Shown: in pieces, positions 38,301 through 52,620 of the stretch
Position numbering within the stretch: position 1 is the stretch's first letter
How the letters are laid out: every line of letters starts with the position of its first letter
Assembly: GCF_026571515.1 (NCBI RefSeq)
Contig: NW_026861601.1
Coordinates: 62,001-126,000 of the forward strand
Source: Ruditapes philippinarum
Lineage: Eukaryota
Reading direction: 5' to 3'
Length of the DNA stretch: 64,000 nucleotides
Program-made: the position numbers and the translations under genes
The notes under the pieces: model-generated
Seen by the model: the letters and a program-made list of their open reading frames with translations, nothing else
Told to the model about the DNA's origin: nothing
The model's database searches: none

Positions 38301-41300
38301 GGCATTTTGATACTTATGTAATTTGTGAGACAATCAAGAAAACTGCCCTGCTAGTATAATTTGTGTGATGTATTTTTGTGTCTGTTTGTTTCCTAGCATC
38401 ATGTGCTGGTATATGTGGGAAAGTTTCATATGTAAAGAAGGTCATATGTGGAATTATGGTACAAATGATACAATGGTGTTAGGCTGAGCGGAAAAGAGTG
38501 GGTGGGACAAAGATTGGTTTAGCTTCTTCGGGTGTTGGTAATAGGAAATGCTGAGCGGTAATTAGGGAGATTGCTGATTGGGTAAATTTTTGAAATGTTC
38601 GTGGGTATACCGGGGCCTCGAGGGGGCAAATTGCTAAGTGGGGATATTGGAAAATTGATGGGTAATAGGGAACTGATTGGTGGGTAATAGGAAAATGATG
38701 GGTTGATAATAGGGAAATGCTGGGTCAGAACGGGGGAATGTATAAAAGAAATTTGGAATGAATGGTATTTTCTGCAAGTTCACATTATTTTTGTTTATCA
38801 TTTTTGTTTTATTTATTATATTTCCATCCTAAATCCTTTGTTGTTTTTTTTGTAAATATTATATGTTATAACAGTTATTTAATTTAATAACTCAAAACTT
38901 TCCACCCAATATTTGTAATAGTGGTTTTCCCTGTTGTAGAACTTTTGATTATTTAACTATATGCTTTGTAAATAGTGTGCTTTATTTAACACAGACATAG
39001 GTTGCAGTGAGTTTTTTCTTTTAACTAAAAAACACAATATAGTGCTATTCAAATATAAAGTTGCTACTATTTTATCCATTATAACTTTATTAAATTTGAT
39101 CTGATAAAACTATCATCAATGCTAAAAAAATAAAGAGAGAAAAAAAATGAGTCAATTAAATACTTTATTGCGAAGATTTGAAAAAAAAATATATGGAAAT
39201 GCGCTCGTATGAGTGACAATTTGGTATGTGAGCTTGAAAGATTATCTTTTGTTTTTATGTTAGTAAAATACTTTATTTATTTAAAATTGAATTTATTTAT
39301 TTGAAGTAAGTTAACTTATGAAAATTGGGCATATCTAAGGAAAAAATTCAAACATCTTTTGAGACGTGATATGGTTAAAATAGTGTGACAAGTGACGTAA
39401 TTTTGTAGTGGAGTAATATGTAGTTGATTTACATTCTTAATTTTCAACCTTCCGGTGAACTATTTTTCATTGGGTTTACATTATTTGTTTTGAAAAAGGA
39501 ATGCACATGGAATTTTCTAACCATCTGTCAACATCAATTTTGAACAGAAATTTTGAAAATTAAAAAACCAATTTTTTTTTACTGGGTTTTCTGAATGAAG
39601 AATGTATTAATTACTAAGTTTTTTTTTTTAATCATCAAAATTAAATGAAGGATGAAAATTAAGGATGCTAGTGTTGGTAAGGGGGCCATTTGGAACACTG
39701 CCAAAATTTGAATTTTTGAAAACTTACCCATGCAGAATGCTGGGTGAAAAGCTTATCAAAGCAAAACTGTGATACTTTGTAAATAAATCGATTGGTCAGT
39801 CATTTCATTAAAAGGAGATGTTTAAAAGACTATGTCTTTTTACATTGTTAGATTTCATGGACATTCTTTTCGCCCAATTTTCATTTCATGATCATTAGCA
39901 AAATGTGGTACATAAAATATATACTCAACAAATGACCCTCCGGTGAATAAAATATATAACATCCCGCCACTCGCACGCTCTCACATATTGTAGCCACTTT
40001 ATTAAATGTAAGCACTTTAGAATGTTTATTATAGTAAATGAAAAAAATCAGTTTTTATCTATATTTATTTTTTTTTTCAAATAGCTGAGTTAAACATGCA
40101 TAATTTTGCTTAATAGTTAAATAAGACTACAATAAAATGACTTAATGTATGATAATTATAAACAGCAAGAATATGAGTAATCTATCCTGGATCCATAAAA
40201 TTAAAAATATTTTAAAATGTGTCTTTCTCACCTAGATTAGGCTGATGGACATATCAAAAGAGAGCACTTTCAATATCTAATATTCAACTGCAATAAAAAA
40301 AGGGAAAGAAATCCGTAAGGACCTGAGTTGAAAATCTATTTTAGGAATAGATCAGCTCACAGAGACAGTGGAGGAGAAAATGGTTCCACATAGTACTATT
40401 ATGTCATGGGTGTTATGAACTAAGACCCTTTGAACAGTACAGTCATTCCAGAATAACAGATTTGTTTGTTCAACTTATTGACACTCATTTATCATGTCAA
40501 CTTCCTAACATTTCATATCTTTTCATGAACGTTGCTTTGTTATGGATTTTGATTTATTGTCTAGATAAATAGTTTCTACTTTGTTATTGTGTAAAATCAT
40601 AAAAATATATGTGAATATCTTCTGTCAGAAAAATAGTATGCTGAGTTATGAAACTGAGGCAGGCAACATACAAATATTGCTCTGCTATTGGTCGAATTCA
40701 AATTCAAATTTTTAAACCAACCAATCAACTGTAATGGTGACAGACTGGTTATATATTTCAATTTTTTTTTCATCATTTTATATTTTAATACATTCATTGC
40801 AGGCAATGATTTTTATATGATTTATAATTTTTACCTTGTAATAATTTATTAACATAACTATTTAAACACACTTACCTGTATCCATATGACTCGCGAGTTT
40901 TTCAAATTGGCTTGTTATATATAAAAGATTTTTTTTTTTAAATCTTTCATTGACTGTGAGATATCCAAACTTTGATTATAGTTTAGTATGATTGCCATGT
41001 ATCATATTTTTTTTGGCATCCTGATCAACTTGTTGATCAACTTGCTTTTCTGAAGTTTGAACCTGATCAACAAATAAAAAAAAACAAAACAACATTCCGT
41101 CCATTTTCATTTATTGTATTTATACCTTTAAATCATTCTGAATTTTACTGATAAATATATTTTTACTCCTCATTACCGTCCACTGTTTGAACTGTATTTA
41201 TTTCATTCTTGAAGACTTTTACTTTGTTCAATGCATTCCTTATATACATGTATATTATGTACATGACGTGTGACAGATTTTATAGACACTATTTTCTGCA

Positions 41301-42719
41301 ATAATTTCAAGTGCACAAAGGGACCTGGGTAATATTTGACTTTTTCATAAGTATCATATTAGATCAATACTGTAAGAACTTGTTCCAAGTATATTTAACA
41401 AAATAATAATCAAGACCAGCCACACTCTACTGTCCTCTCATTGGTTGATTTCTAACGTGAGCTCAGCCAATCAGAGCGCCTCTAGCTTGAGACTGGTTTA
41501 GTGAACAAGTTTTTTTATTCAGTATTTAAGACTTGATATGACTTATAAAAGTTTGTTTGTGCACATTCCTTTCTCCATACTTTGCCTGTAAAAATTGTGA
41601 ATAAATTTTGTGAACCAGTATAATTAAGTTCTTGTATCACACTGCTTATGTGCATAAGACACAAATTACTGGTATTTAATATGTTCTCTTTTGTCATATA
41701 TATATTTATCAGTATCTTACTACTTACTCATATTTTAAATATTTTTGTGATTGATTGTTTTATTTAGTATGTACTATCAACAAATCTAGACAACTTGATT
41801 CTAAATGATCAAGAGGATATTTAATGTGAGATCTAAAATAGACAAGGATTAAAGTTAATGTGATGATTCTAAAAATAGTCTTGGATAGAAGTTAATGTGA
41901 TGATTCTTAAAATAGACTTGGAGATAAGTTAAGACAATCATTCTAAAAACAGATCTTAGGAAACAAGTATTATTCTATAAATAGAATTTGGCTTACATCA
42001 GGTGGTATTAAATAAAACATCGCAAATTTGTAGAAAATTGATTTTTAAATTAGGAAAACAAGTTACAATACTGGTTTATGATTGAAAAAGAAATAGTTTT
42101 TGATCAAAACTTGCTATTTGATTATTTCATGAAGACTTAGATAAGTTTGTATTATTATTATTACTATTTAATATTTTCTTTTCAATTTTTGATTTAATTT
42201 GTTTTTTTCTAATCTACATAAGATTGGTTGAAGTTTAACTTAGGCACAACATTTATGTATCTGCACATTAAGCTGAACAGCACTTGAGTACAAAAAAAAC
42301 TTTTTTTGAAAATTATTTTTGTAAAACATTTTATATTTTTTTTTAAAAGATCTATTTCCTTTTTTCAGTATTATATTTTGTACCAACTGGTTCAATCATG
42401 TGGAAACAGTATTTTATTTTGTAGTTAATTAAGAGAATTGTGTGTCTTAAAACTTTTTATAGAAATATATTATATATGGTATTAATTATCATGTTCAAGC
42501 TATGGAAATGCATTAGAATTCATACATCTGAACCATGGAATAAATATGGGTAAAACCATAGCATAATTGAAATAGAATTACGATGTGTTATTAGCTCAAA
42601 AAATGTTGAAAATTACATCCAGAATAAACCTTTCTTTTGTAATATTGAGTTATCTTTCTTTTTCATCCTTAAGGTATAGAAATAACACGCCTTTTAATGC
42701 CCAGATTAAGTCATGGTTC

Positions 42720-43645
42720 TTGCATCCAACCAGTTACTAGTAGTTGCATAGTATATTCAATTACTGATACTTGAATCCAACCAATTGCCAGTACTTGTAT
42801 ACAACCAATTACTGTTATTTGCATACAAACAATTACTGGTACTTGCATACAACCAATTACTGTCACTTGCATACAAACAATTACTGGAACTTGTATACAG
42901 CCAATAACTGTTACTTGCATACAATTTCCATTATACTTAAATACAAACAATCACCAGTACATGCATGCAACCAATTACTGTTACTTGCATACAAACAATT
43001 ACTGTTACTTGCATACAAACAATTACTGGAACTTGTATACAGCCAATAACTGTTACTTGCATACAATTTCCATTATACTTAAATACAAACAATCACCAGT
43101 ACATGCATGCAACCCATTACTGTTACTTGCATACAAACAATTACTGTTACTTGCATACAAACAATTACTGTTACTTGAATACAACCAATTACCAATACTT
43201 GAATACAAACAATTACCAGTACATGCATGCAACCAATTACTGTTACTTGCATACAAACAATTACTGTTACTTGCATACAAACAATTACTGTTACTTGCAT
43301 GCAACCAATTTCTGTTACTTGCATACAAACAATTGCTGTTACTTTCATACAACCAATTACTGTTACTTGCATACAAACAATTACTGTTACTTGCATACAA
43401 ACAATTACCAATACTTGAATACAAACAATTACCAGTACACGCATGCAATCAATTACTGTTACTTGCATGCAACCAATTTCTGTTACTTGCATGCAACCAA
43501 TTGCTGTTACTTGCATGCAACCAATTTCTGTTACTTGCATACAACCAATTGCTGTTTTTTTTTTTACTTGCATACAACCAACTGCTGTTACTTGCATACA
43601 ACCTATTACTGTTACTTGCATACAAACAATTACTGGCACCATACA
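42720..43645. repeat. 24-bp minisatellite, about 38 copies
   Basis: ACTTGCATACAA(A/C)CAATTACTGTT; it produces the periodic ORFs in the ORF track. Confidence 0.95.
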
Positions 43646-44149
43646 ACTAAGCAAGTGAACCAAATTTATATATTTCACATGTTTTCAGACATGTCTGACA
43701 GTGTGATATAACTGATATCTCACTAATACATGTATATCTCAGAAACTCAATAAATAACACGAGATAAATGAAGGATACTTTAAGTCTATGAAGAAAAATA
43801 CATTTTTTAAAAAAAATTAGCCTTAGTGTCATTGGCCATGTCTCTTAATAATTGTGAATTATTCCCATAGTAGAGGCATCTACAAGGTATCTACATCCCC
43901 CTTGTGGTTGATGGGTTGCCTTTTAGGGCTGAGGCATCAGAGTTACAACCACTGTTTATCCCTGCGCAACTAAAATTGATTCAAATTATTGGAATCTCTG
44001 CATCTTTTAGCTCCAGCAGTTGATTTGACCCCTGGTGTTGCTTTATGTTTGAAATACTTGTAAGTTTAGCCAAAATTGTCTTTTATGTTTCACCAACATC
44101 ACCTTAATTGTGTTGGTACATTGTAAAACCAACAAACGAGGTATCTACA

Positions 44150-44470
44150 TAACAAGATCTACATATGTAAAACATGCATGCCCACCACTGCCAGCCAATT
44201 AATCAACCCGATTAGTTTCAGTGCAAAATGCCCATGGATTATCTAGTTATTGGTCGGGGGTCATTTTGATATAAAGGGTCAATGTGACCTTGACCTAGTG
44301 ACCCCAAAAGCAATAGGGTTTATCTACTGGTCATGACCAATCACTATACCAAGTTTGAAATTCCTAAGCCCATGCATCCTTAAGTAATTGATCTGAAATG
44401 GTTTGGTCTTAATCTGCCAAACATGTACAAAGCAATATACCCCCCAATGCTTTCAAGGGGAGGCATAATT
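44150..44470 (-). mobile_element. Short, low-monomer copy of the 20011-21795 HINE family
   Basis: Reverse complement of both termini and about 1.5 monomers (TGTGACCTTGACC, GGTCATGACCAATCAC). Confidence 0.75.
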
Positions 44471-44736
44471 ACAAGTACAAACAGGTTGCTTATATATGTA
44501 AACACATACTGTGAATTGTATAATACACACTTTCAAATTAAATACAAATGTATCTGGAAATACATGTATAATATGTTATGTTAGTAATAGAATACAAAAC
44601 AAAACAAACACTTTTGATTTTGAAAAATATCTTTTTAATAATGTAAAGCATCAATTCATAGTGTCAATATTTAACATTATTCAATTAACAAAAACACTGT
44701 ACAAAAGAAAAACCTGTACAAAAGTGAAGTAGCGTT

Positions 44737-44912
44737 AGAGACAATATATCCCTATAGGTAAACAATATATCCCTATAGGTAGACAATATATCCCTATAGG
44801 GATAGGTAGACAATATATCCCTATAGGTAGACAATATATCCCTATAGGTAAACAATATATCCCTATAGGTAGACAATATATCCCTATAGGTAGACAATTT
44901 ATCTCTATAGGT
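44737..44912. repeat. 21-bp minisatellite, about 8 copies, palindromic core CCTATAGG
   Basis: GACAATATATCCCTATAGGTA. Confidence 0.93.
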
Positions 44913-46967
44913 TACATTCTTTGACAAGGCAGGCACTGGGAAAATATTCAAAGAAGGAAAACAATAAATTTACTAAGAAAAGGGTAACATGCTTGACTTT
45001 GATCACACGATACATACGTATTACACATATATGTTCCCAAACAATAACTTACCCATGTCAATTGCTGGGTCAAAAATGTCCATTGATAAAGTCTGACCAA
45101 ACTCTACTGTTGCATGCCTAATTTACCTTTTCAATATTGAAAATCCTTACAACAATAATAATTTAAAATTCCAGAAATTTGTTTATTTTGGGAGCTGTAC
45201 TATATACATGTACTAATAAAAGAGCTTGGCATTAACAAACACAAGACCCATAGAGTGACTGTTCTTATTATTGAGCCATGATATATGTCTAATGTCAGAA
45301 TATCGGATAAAGTCATAACTAATACTCTCTTAAGATGTTTTTGAGACTATTCTCTTGTTAAGAAAGGGAAGAAAATGTGTAAAGTAAAGTAGACAAAACA
45401 ATATTAAAACCTGTGTCAAAATTCATGTAACATCAGTGTCAGACAGCCATCATGTTAAAAATATAAAAATGTTCTTGAGACCTGTTACTTTATGACTTCA
45501 CCTATTTTATACATGTATATTACTTTCGGAAGATGACAATAACATCGAAGATGATAAACTTTTGAAATAACTATTTTGTATGAATAATAATATCTTTTAT
45601 GTGATATATATTTATATTATATCTTTATATTGAGTAATTATTTTAAAACTGAGACAATTTTTTTTTTCAATTGAACACAATCCAGTATAGTATATGGCAT
45701 TTTAAAACTAAATGGTTTGTTTTACAACAACAATTTTTTAGGGCTATTATGAATGAATACATAACAATAAACGCAAAAATAAAACATACAAAATAGGAGA
45801 GCCAACAGCAACACTGTCCCAACATGCCCTATGATGCTATGGACCATGTAATGTCAAAACATTCTAATGCACATGTCAAAATAAACATACATGTATATAA
45901 ATGCATAAATGTAAATAAAACTTTAGAAAAACTTTAAAAAAATTTGCATGTGTTCTTGTGGCAGACTTTTCTTCTTGTTTTATCTTAGCCACCCTACATA
46001 TCTTAAATAGACTTGTCAATTTTTCAATTTGGAATAGACCACTCATCTTTTTTTAGGAGAAATTACAAAAAAAAACTGACCAAATGGTGAACAATGTCGG
46101 CCATAATCTAGACCGCATGAATATACCAACTGATCATGGTCTGCATTGGTCACATGGGTAAAATTCAGTTGCCACTAGCAGGTTTAGCGTAAAAACACGT
46201 GTTAATTTGATGAAAAATTTTGTCCACACAGATTCAAAAGTTGTAGGATCATAACACAACAAGCAAATTACATGTACATACATACAATTAACTGACATTA
46301 TTTCAACCTACATGTGTATGAACATCCATTATTTAGAGTAAATATTTTTAAGACGATTTTCTAAAAAACAAAATATGGTCGAGATTCTATTCTGTATAAA
46401 AAAACATCTAAAAAAAAAACAAGTTTAAAAAATAACTGAAAAGAAAGAAAATGCACAGAAAACATGGACTTTCTCCACTGCATAATAACATTCATAAACA
46501 GTTATATTTATTTACAACAATACAGACACAGTACCTTTAAATTATTTGATGTACGGTGGTTTAATCCACTTGACTCTTCCATATGAATTTTTCACGAGAA
46601 CAAAGATCAGTTCAGAATTAAATTCAAAATGTTTATAATAAACTTTTTGCAAAAAAACAAAACCAAAAAAAAAACAAGCAGATAAAAATTGCTTTTTCAT
46701 GACATGCAATGCAAATATATGAGAAATGCATAATAACAACAACTACGAGACCATAATATTCTTCAAATAAAATAAAAAACAATTGTGCAATATGAGACCT
46801 TTTAGACTTTTCAACAAATGAGGAAAAAACATGTTAAGAATGCAAGCTCAAAATATTACTTATCAAAAATTACATTGTATTTAATGCTGCCACATTCAAT
46901 GAGATTTTTAAATTACAATCAAAATATTTAAAATTCTGCATAATAATGTTGAGATATTCTAACATTA

Positions 46968-47174
46968 CAGTCAAACCTGCCCTAGTGTTTTGCCACTCTG
47001 ACAATGTTATGGCTTTGAGTCTGATTTCCTGGCTTTGATGACGGGGATTAGATCCCAAGACATTCTGTCAAAAATAATTTCTGGGAAGGACCAGCACTCG
47101 GGTGTTCCTGTATCTAATATCAGGATAATCTCCCATGATGGTTTTTATAAATAATAATTATGCAGGTTTGACTG
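46968..47174. mobile_element. Tc1/mariner-pogo-type MITE
   Basis: TA|CAGTCAAACCTGC ... GCAGGTTTGACTG|TA. Confidence 0.8.
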
Positions 47175-47359
47175 TATATACATGTACATAACACAACTGT
47201 GATTCTTAGAAATTGAGAAAAATAAAAATAATATTTGTCTAAACTGAGATAATATAATGAATAACTTTGTAAAGTGAAAATATACAAGCAAACATATGTA
47301 ACTAAAAAAATGATATTTATAATATTTTTCATGTAAAGTGAATGCATGCACAAAAAATA

Positions 47360-47985
47360 TTCCTGCAAATTGAGAAATTACAAATACTAATTACTTGTGT
47401 AAACTGAGAAATTACAAAGATTAATTCCTTGTGTAAACTGAGAAATTACAAAAATTAATAACTTGTGTAATCTGAGAAATTACAAAAATTAATTTACTCA
47501 TGTAAACTGAGCAATTACAAAGACTACTTATTCGTATAAATTGAGAAAATACAAAACATATTTTTATAAACTGAGAAATCAAAGAACATTCTAGTAAATT
47601 GAAAAGATATACAAAGAGCATTCTTTCAAACAGAGAAAATATGACAAATATTCTTGTAAACTGAGAAAATACAAAGAAAAATTTTTTCTTGTAAACTGAG
47701 AAAATACAAAGAATATTCTTGTAAACTGAGAAAATATGACAAATATTCTTGTAAACTGAGAAAATATGAAGAAAAATATTCTTGTATACTGAGAAAATAC
47801 AAAGAATATTCTTGTAAACTGAGAAAATATGAAGAAACTGAGAGAAAACATAGGCTTTTCTTATAAACTGAGAAAAACTATTCTTTTTAACAAATATTCT
47901 TGTAAACTGAGAGAATACAATATATATACAAAATTTCTTGTAACAGAAAGATTACAAAGATTCTTTTGTAAGCTGAGAAAATGCC
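47360..47985. repeat. Degenerate ~30-bp minisatellite
   Basis: TTCTTGTAAACTGAGAAAATACAAAGAATA variants. Confidence 0.85.
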
Positions 47986-47988
47986 AAA

Positions 47989-49740
47989 AACAAGATTGCA
48001 TTTGAGAAAAATGCTATGCCACCGCATGGTTCAAATTTCATAGCTGTACATCAAAGGACAAGAAAGTAGGTCACATCATCAAAATCTAGGTCACCTGATA
48101 TCAAAGTTCAATTTTACAACTAAAACTGTGCACATGGTCAAAATGTCATTGCTGTACATCAAAGGACAAGAAAGTAGGTCACTGTCCCCTTGGGCCCAAG
48201 GGTTTAATTTCAAAACAATTTTGATACAGGTCCACCAAATAACATTTCAAGTCAAATATCTAAGCTATAGCTTTCTCCCATTCAGAAAACATTTGTTTTA
48301 TTTTCTGTTTTTACTATGTGTACATAATGAGAATCACTGCCCCCGGGCAGGGCCAATTTTGACACCAGGGGAAAATTTTGAACAACTTTGGTAGAGGACC
48401 TATTAATGATATTATATATCAAACACCAAAGCTCTATGCCTTGTACCTTCAGACAAAAATATTTTTTATTTTTTCACTATATGTACATAATGAAAATCAA
48501 TGACCCCCGGGGCGGAACCAATTTTGACCCCAGGGCTATAATTTGAACAATCTTGCAAGAGGTTCACTACACAATGTTTCATGCAAAATATCTTAACTCT
48601 AGCCTTTGTAAATTTAGAGAAGATGATTTTTTAAGTTTTTACTATATACATAATATAAGGAAAACCTATGGCCACCGGGGGCGGGGCTAATTTTGACACA
48701 AGAGGCAAAATTTGAATAACTTTTGTAGAGTACCTTTAGATGATATTATTTAACAAATATTAAAGCTTCAAGCCTTGTACCTTCAGACAATAAGATTTAT
48801 TTATTTTTTACTATATGTATATATTGAAATAAAAGACCCCCAAGGGCGGGGGCAATTTTGACCCCAGGGCTATAATTTGAACAATCTTGCTAGAGGTTTA
48901 CTACACAATGTTTCATGCAAAATATCTAACCTCTAGCATTTGTCAATTGCTAGAAGAATTTTTTTTGAAGTTTTTATTATAAGTTTTTACTATATACATA
49001 TAAGGAAAACCAATGACCCCCGGGGCGGGGCCGATTTTGACCCCAGGGCTATAATTTGAACAATCTGGGTAGAGGTCTACCAGACAATGCCTTATGCAAA
49101 ATATATAAGCTCTAGGCCTTTTGGGTCTTTACAAGAAGGTGTTTTAAGTTTTTACTATATGTACATATAGTGAAAATCAATGACCCCGGGTGGGGCCGAT
49201 TTTGACCCAAGGGCTATAATTTGAACAATCTTGGTAAGGGTCTACCAGATCATGCCTTATGCAAAATATCTAAGCTCTAGGCCTTTTGGGTTTTTACAAG
49301 AAGGTATTTTAAGTTTTTACTATATGTACATAGTGAAAATCAATGACCCCCGGGGCGGGGCCATTTTTGACCCCAGGGCTATAATTTGAACAATCTTGTT
49401 AGAGGTCTACCAGACAATGCCTTATGCAAAATATCTAAGCTCTAGGCCTTTTGGGTCTTTACAAGAAGATTTTTTAAATTTATTCTTATAATTCCTTTTG
49501 GTTGCCATGGCAACCAGATTTCTGCATGGAATGAAATTCTTTGAACAACTTTGGAAGCACTTCACCCAAGGAACAATCCTGCCAAGTTTGGTTGAAATTG
49601 GACTAGTGGTTTTTCACAAGAAGATTTTTTAAGTTCACTATATAATCTATATAACACACACACAAACACACACACTAACACACACACACACAGGTGAATC
49701 GCTATATGCCACCGCATCGCAGATGCTGCGGTGGCATAAA
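47989..49740 (-). mobile_element. HINE-like element with ~7 internal ~165-bp monomers resembling bivalve BIV160/Cg170-type satellite
   Basis: TATGCCACCGCA IRs at both ends, (CA)n tract ~49653-49692, monomer core GACCCCCGGGGCGGGGCC..TTTTGACCCCAGGGCTATAATTTGAACAA. The family name is from memory. Confidence 0.8.
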
Positions 49741-50024
49741 AAGATATTGTAAAAGAAAACTCTGCGAAAACTAGAGATCTCTGAGCTTATAAATAAATAC
49801 AAATTTATTGTCATAAAAACCTAAAAAAAAACTTTTGAGCTTTAAGAACAAATCACCTGGAAAGTAGATTAAGCCCTATCAAGAAATATATATTCTAATG
49901 AATTCTCTTACATAATGTATAATTATAAAGTTGGTATAAAATTGAATTTCATTGTGATTGATTTTTTCTTCTTCAAAAATTTAAGTTATGTTCATATAAT
50001 TACAGAAATAAATTATTCAACTAT

Positions 50025-50290
50025 GGTTTTGTTTGTTTGATTGGGTTCTACATCACCTCAACACAGTATTGGTGATGTTCCAGCTTTACTGGTGGAAGAA
50101 GGCCTCAGGTTCCATGCATTATTTCAGGCACAAACAGGCCCCTTAGTAGAAACACCGATGTTCCGTAAGCTAGCTGGATAGCTTCCTCACAAAAGTCATG
50201 AAAGAATCCAAAATCCCTGTTGGGATTCCAACCCACAGCGGTGAGGGGCAAGTGGTTTAAGTCAACAACCTTAACCACTCGGCTACGGGT
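50025..50290 (-). mobile_element. tRNA-headed SINE, near full length; degenerate copies at ~14060-14340, ~24715-24960, ~25335-25570, ~33945-34110
   Basis: On -: A box TAGCCGAGTGG, B box-like GGTTGGAATCC, central TGTGAGGAAGCTATCCAGCTAGCTTACGG, (CAAA)n tail. Confidence 0.8.
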
Positions 50291-52288
50291 TTTAAATGTT
50301 TTATTCATTGACAATTCTATCAAAAGTGCTTTGGCTTCACTTGTTATTTGCAACAAGAGATTTTGTTAAATTGATATTAACTGCCAAAATTTGATACACA
50401 TCCATTACTAAGCATTATATACTTCAAAATATCAGTGAAAATGAAAATGGAATCTTTACCTAATATAATGATAGAGGGTCCACAAAATTGAGCAAAGTCA
50501 AGCCAAATAGCTCTTAATAGTAATTGACATGTACTTCAAATATACATGAAATGACATTAAAATCATTATGACATTATTATTGTATGATGTAATTTGGTCA
50601 TCATTTACAGAAATTTTATTAAGAATTACAGGCATAGATATCATTAAGTTATAGATTGATTTATTGAAAATTAATTTATGTTCAAATTCATTTGATTTAA
50701 TTGGTCTTGGGGAAACAAAAAGGATCAAAATAGCAATAAATGAATATCATACATCAACAAAATATTAAAAACTTGTTGAAACTTGATCTCCCAAAAATAT
50801 AGATATATAAAAAAATGAATATATGTACAAATTAAGTACTAGTATGTGCATATTAAGCATGTTTACATAAAAATGTACATGTGTATACATATATGTATAT
50901 AAAATTTTGCATAGGAAAAAAAATCAATAATGCATATCAATGAAAAAACTCATTAAAAGAATTGTATGAAAAGGTATACAACATGAAAAAAGTGGGTCCA
51001 TGATAGTTCTAAAATGCTTAATAGTATTTCATTGTCCAAGATATAGAAATCAAAAACACAATTCTTGGTGCATAGCACAATTAAGTCGCTAAGTGCAAAC
51101 TGATCTAAACGGCACAAATCTTGGTTTTGTTCCCTAGTTTACATGGAATGAGATTAACAGACTTTCTATGGCAGAATCCGAGCGATGGCAGAAGTTTAAT
51201 ATGAGAATATATTTGTGTCAGGAGCGAAAACAAACATTTCAACAGTATCAAGAAAATTTCAAAGAACCATTGCTTAAATCAGTAATGCTCTGGTTATAAA
51301 AACAACAAATATCTGTTATAAGTCTATCTTACACAATTTCTTTCAAATTGTGCCTCATTACTGTAAACATTTCCTTCGTAGTTTGTGTCATAACCAAAAA
51401 CAATTTCTCTTTTTCCTTCTACCCAATGAGAACAACTCAAGACAATGTTCAAAACAAAATCAGCCTGTCCTTTCCTATTTTGCATCAAAAAGAATATTAC
51501 TACAACAACAACAACAACAACAAGTACCAGTAATTAGATCTGATTTACAACATGTTCAATGTACATCACACCATTATATCAACCTGACTTTTGATTTGTA
51601 CATAACCAGTATAAAAACTGGATGAAACATCAAAACAAGTTTTAACTAACCCTATATACAGACATTCCAAAAATGTCAACCCTGATTTTTAACAACAATC
51701 TAATGACTCTCATCCATTAAAATCTAACCTCAAACTTTTAACCCGATTGAACTGAAAGAGATTAGCCTTTGCCACAAATATAGAGCCAGGCCAGTCTGCA
51801 AATCCAGGCCATCTAACCAGGCTCTATACTCTATATCAGTAGTCTTAACAGTTTTACCTTGATATTAAACTCCTATTAACTTTAAATGATCTATTCCAAA
51901 TTCAAAGATGGGCAAATCCATTTCAAATTCAGTAGGTTAAGAGTTTTGATTTATCAGATTCTTTTATCAAACATCGTCATATTATGACATAACGATCACC
52001 AAGAAAAGAAAGCCACTGCTATTATGACATATTAAGAAATGCTGACATATGTTGGCTAAAACAGGTTAAATCCAGTACTAAATAAACCTTGAGATGGTGT
52101 TGGTGGTGTTGGTAAATTACCCTCCAGATCATGACTGACAGTAAGGCACTTTGAATTCACCAGAGCACAGAAGAACATCTAAAAAACACATTTAATGGCT
52201 CAATGATCACAAATAAATGCCTGGTAAGAGATCACAGTACAATTGCCTTGGGTAAGGATATTACAGAGCTAAGATTCCCAGCAAATGT

Positions 52289-52620
52289 CATACAAAAGTC
52301 AAATATGGTTTAAATTACTAGTCGCCATACGAAAGTTAAATATGGTTTAAATTACTAGTTGCCATACAAAAGTTAAATATGGTTTAAATTACTAGTCGCC
52401 ATACAAAAGTCAAATATGGTTTAAATTACTAGTTGCCATACAAAAGTTAAATATGGTTTAAATTACTAGTCGCCACACAAAAGTCAAATATGGTTTAAAT
52501 TACTAGTCGCCACACAAAAGTCAAATATGGTTTAAATTACTAGTTGCCATACAAAAGTCAAATATGGTTTAAATTACTAGTTGCCATACAAAAGTTAAAA
52601 TGGTTTACATTACTAGTCGC
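52289..52620. repeat. 37-bp minisatellite, about 9 copies
   Basis: AAATATGGTTTAAATTACTAGTYGCCAYACAAAAGTY. Confidence 0.95.

Noticed and set aside
42711-43711. Long ORFs up to 248 aa on both strands
   Set aside because: Products of a 24-bp (8-codon) minisatellite that is open in several frames at once; no splice or domain evidence.
43860-44140. Slightly GC-richer stretch as a hidden exon
   Set aside because: The frames I checked gave only short peptides with no recognisable motif.
50200-50290. tRNA gene and ORF 50105-50356
   Set aside because: It is the tRNA-derived head of a SINE with a body and (CAAA)n tail.
51348-51625. PolyQ/polyN ORFs
   Set aside because: (AAC)n microsatellite in UTR-like sequence.
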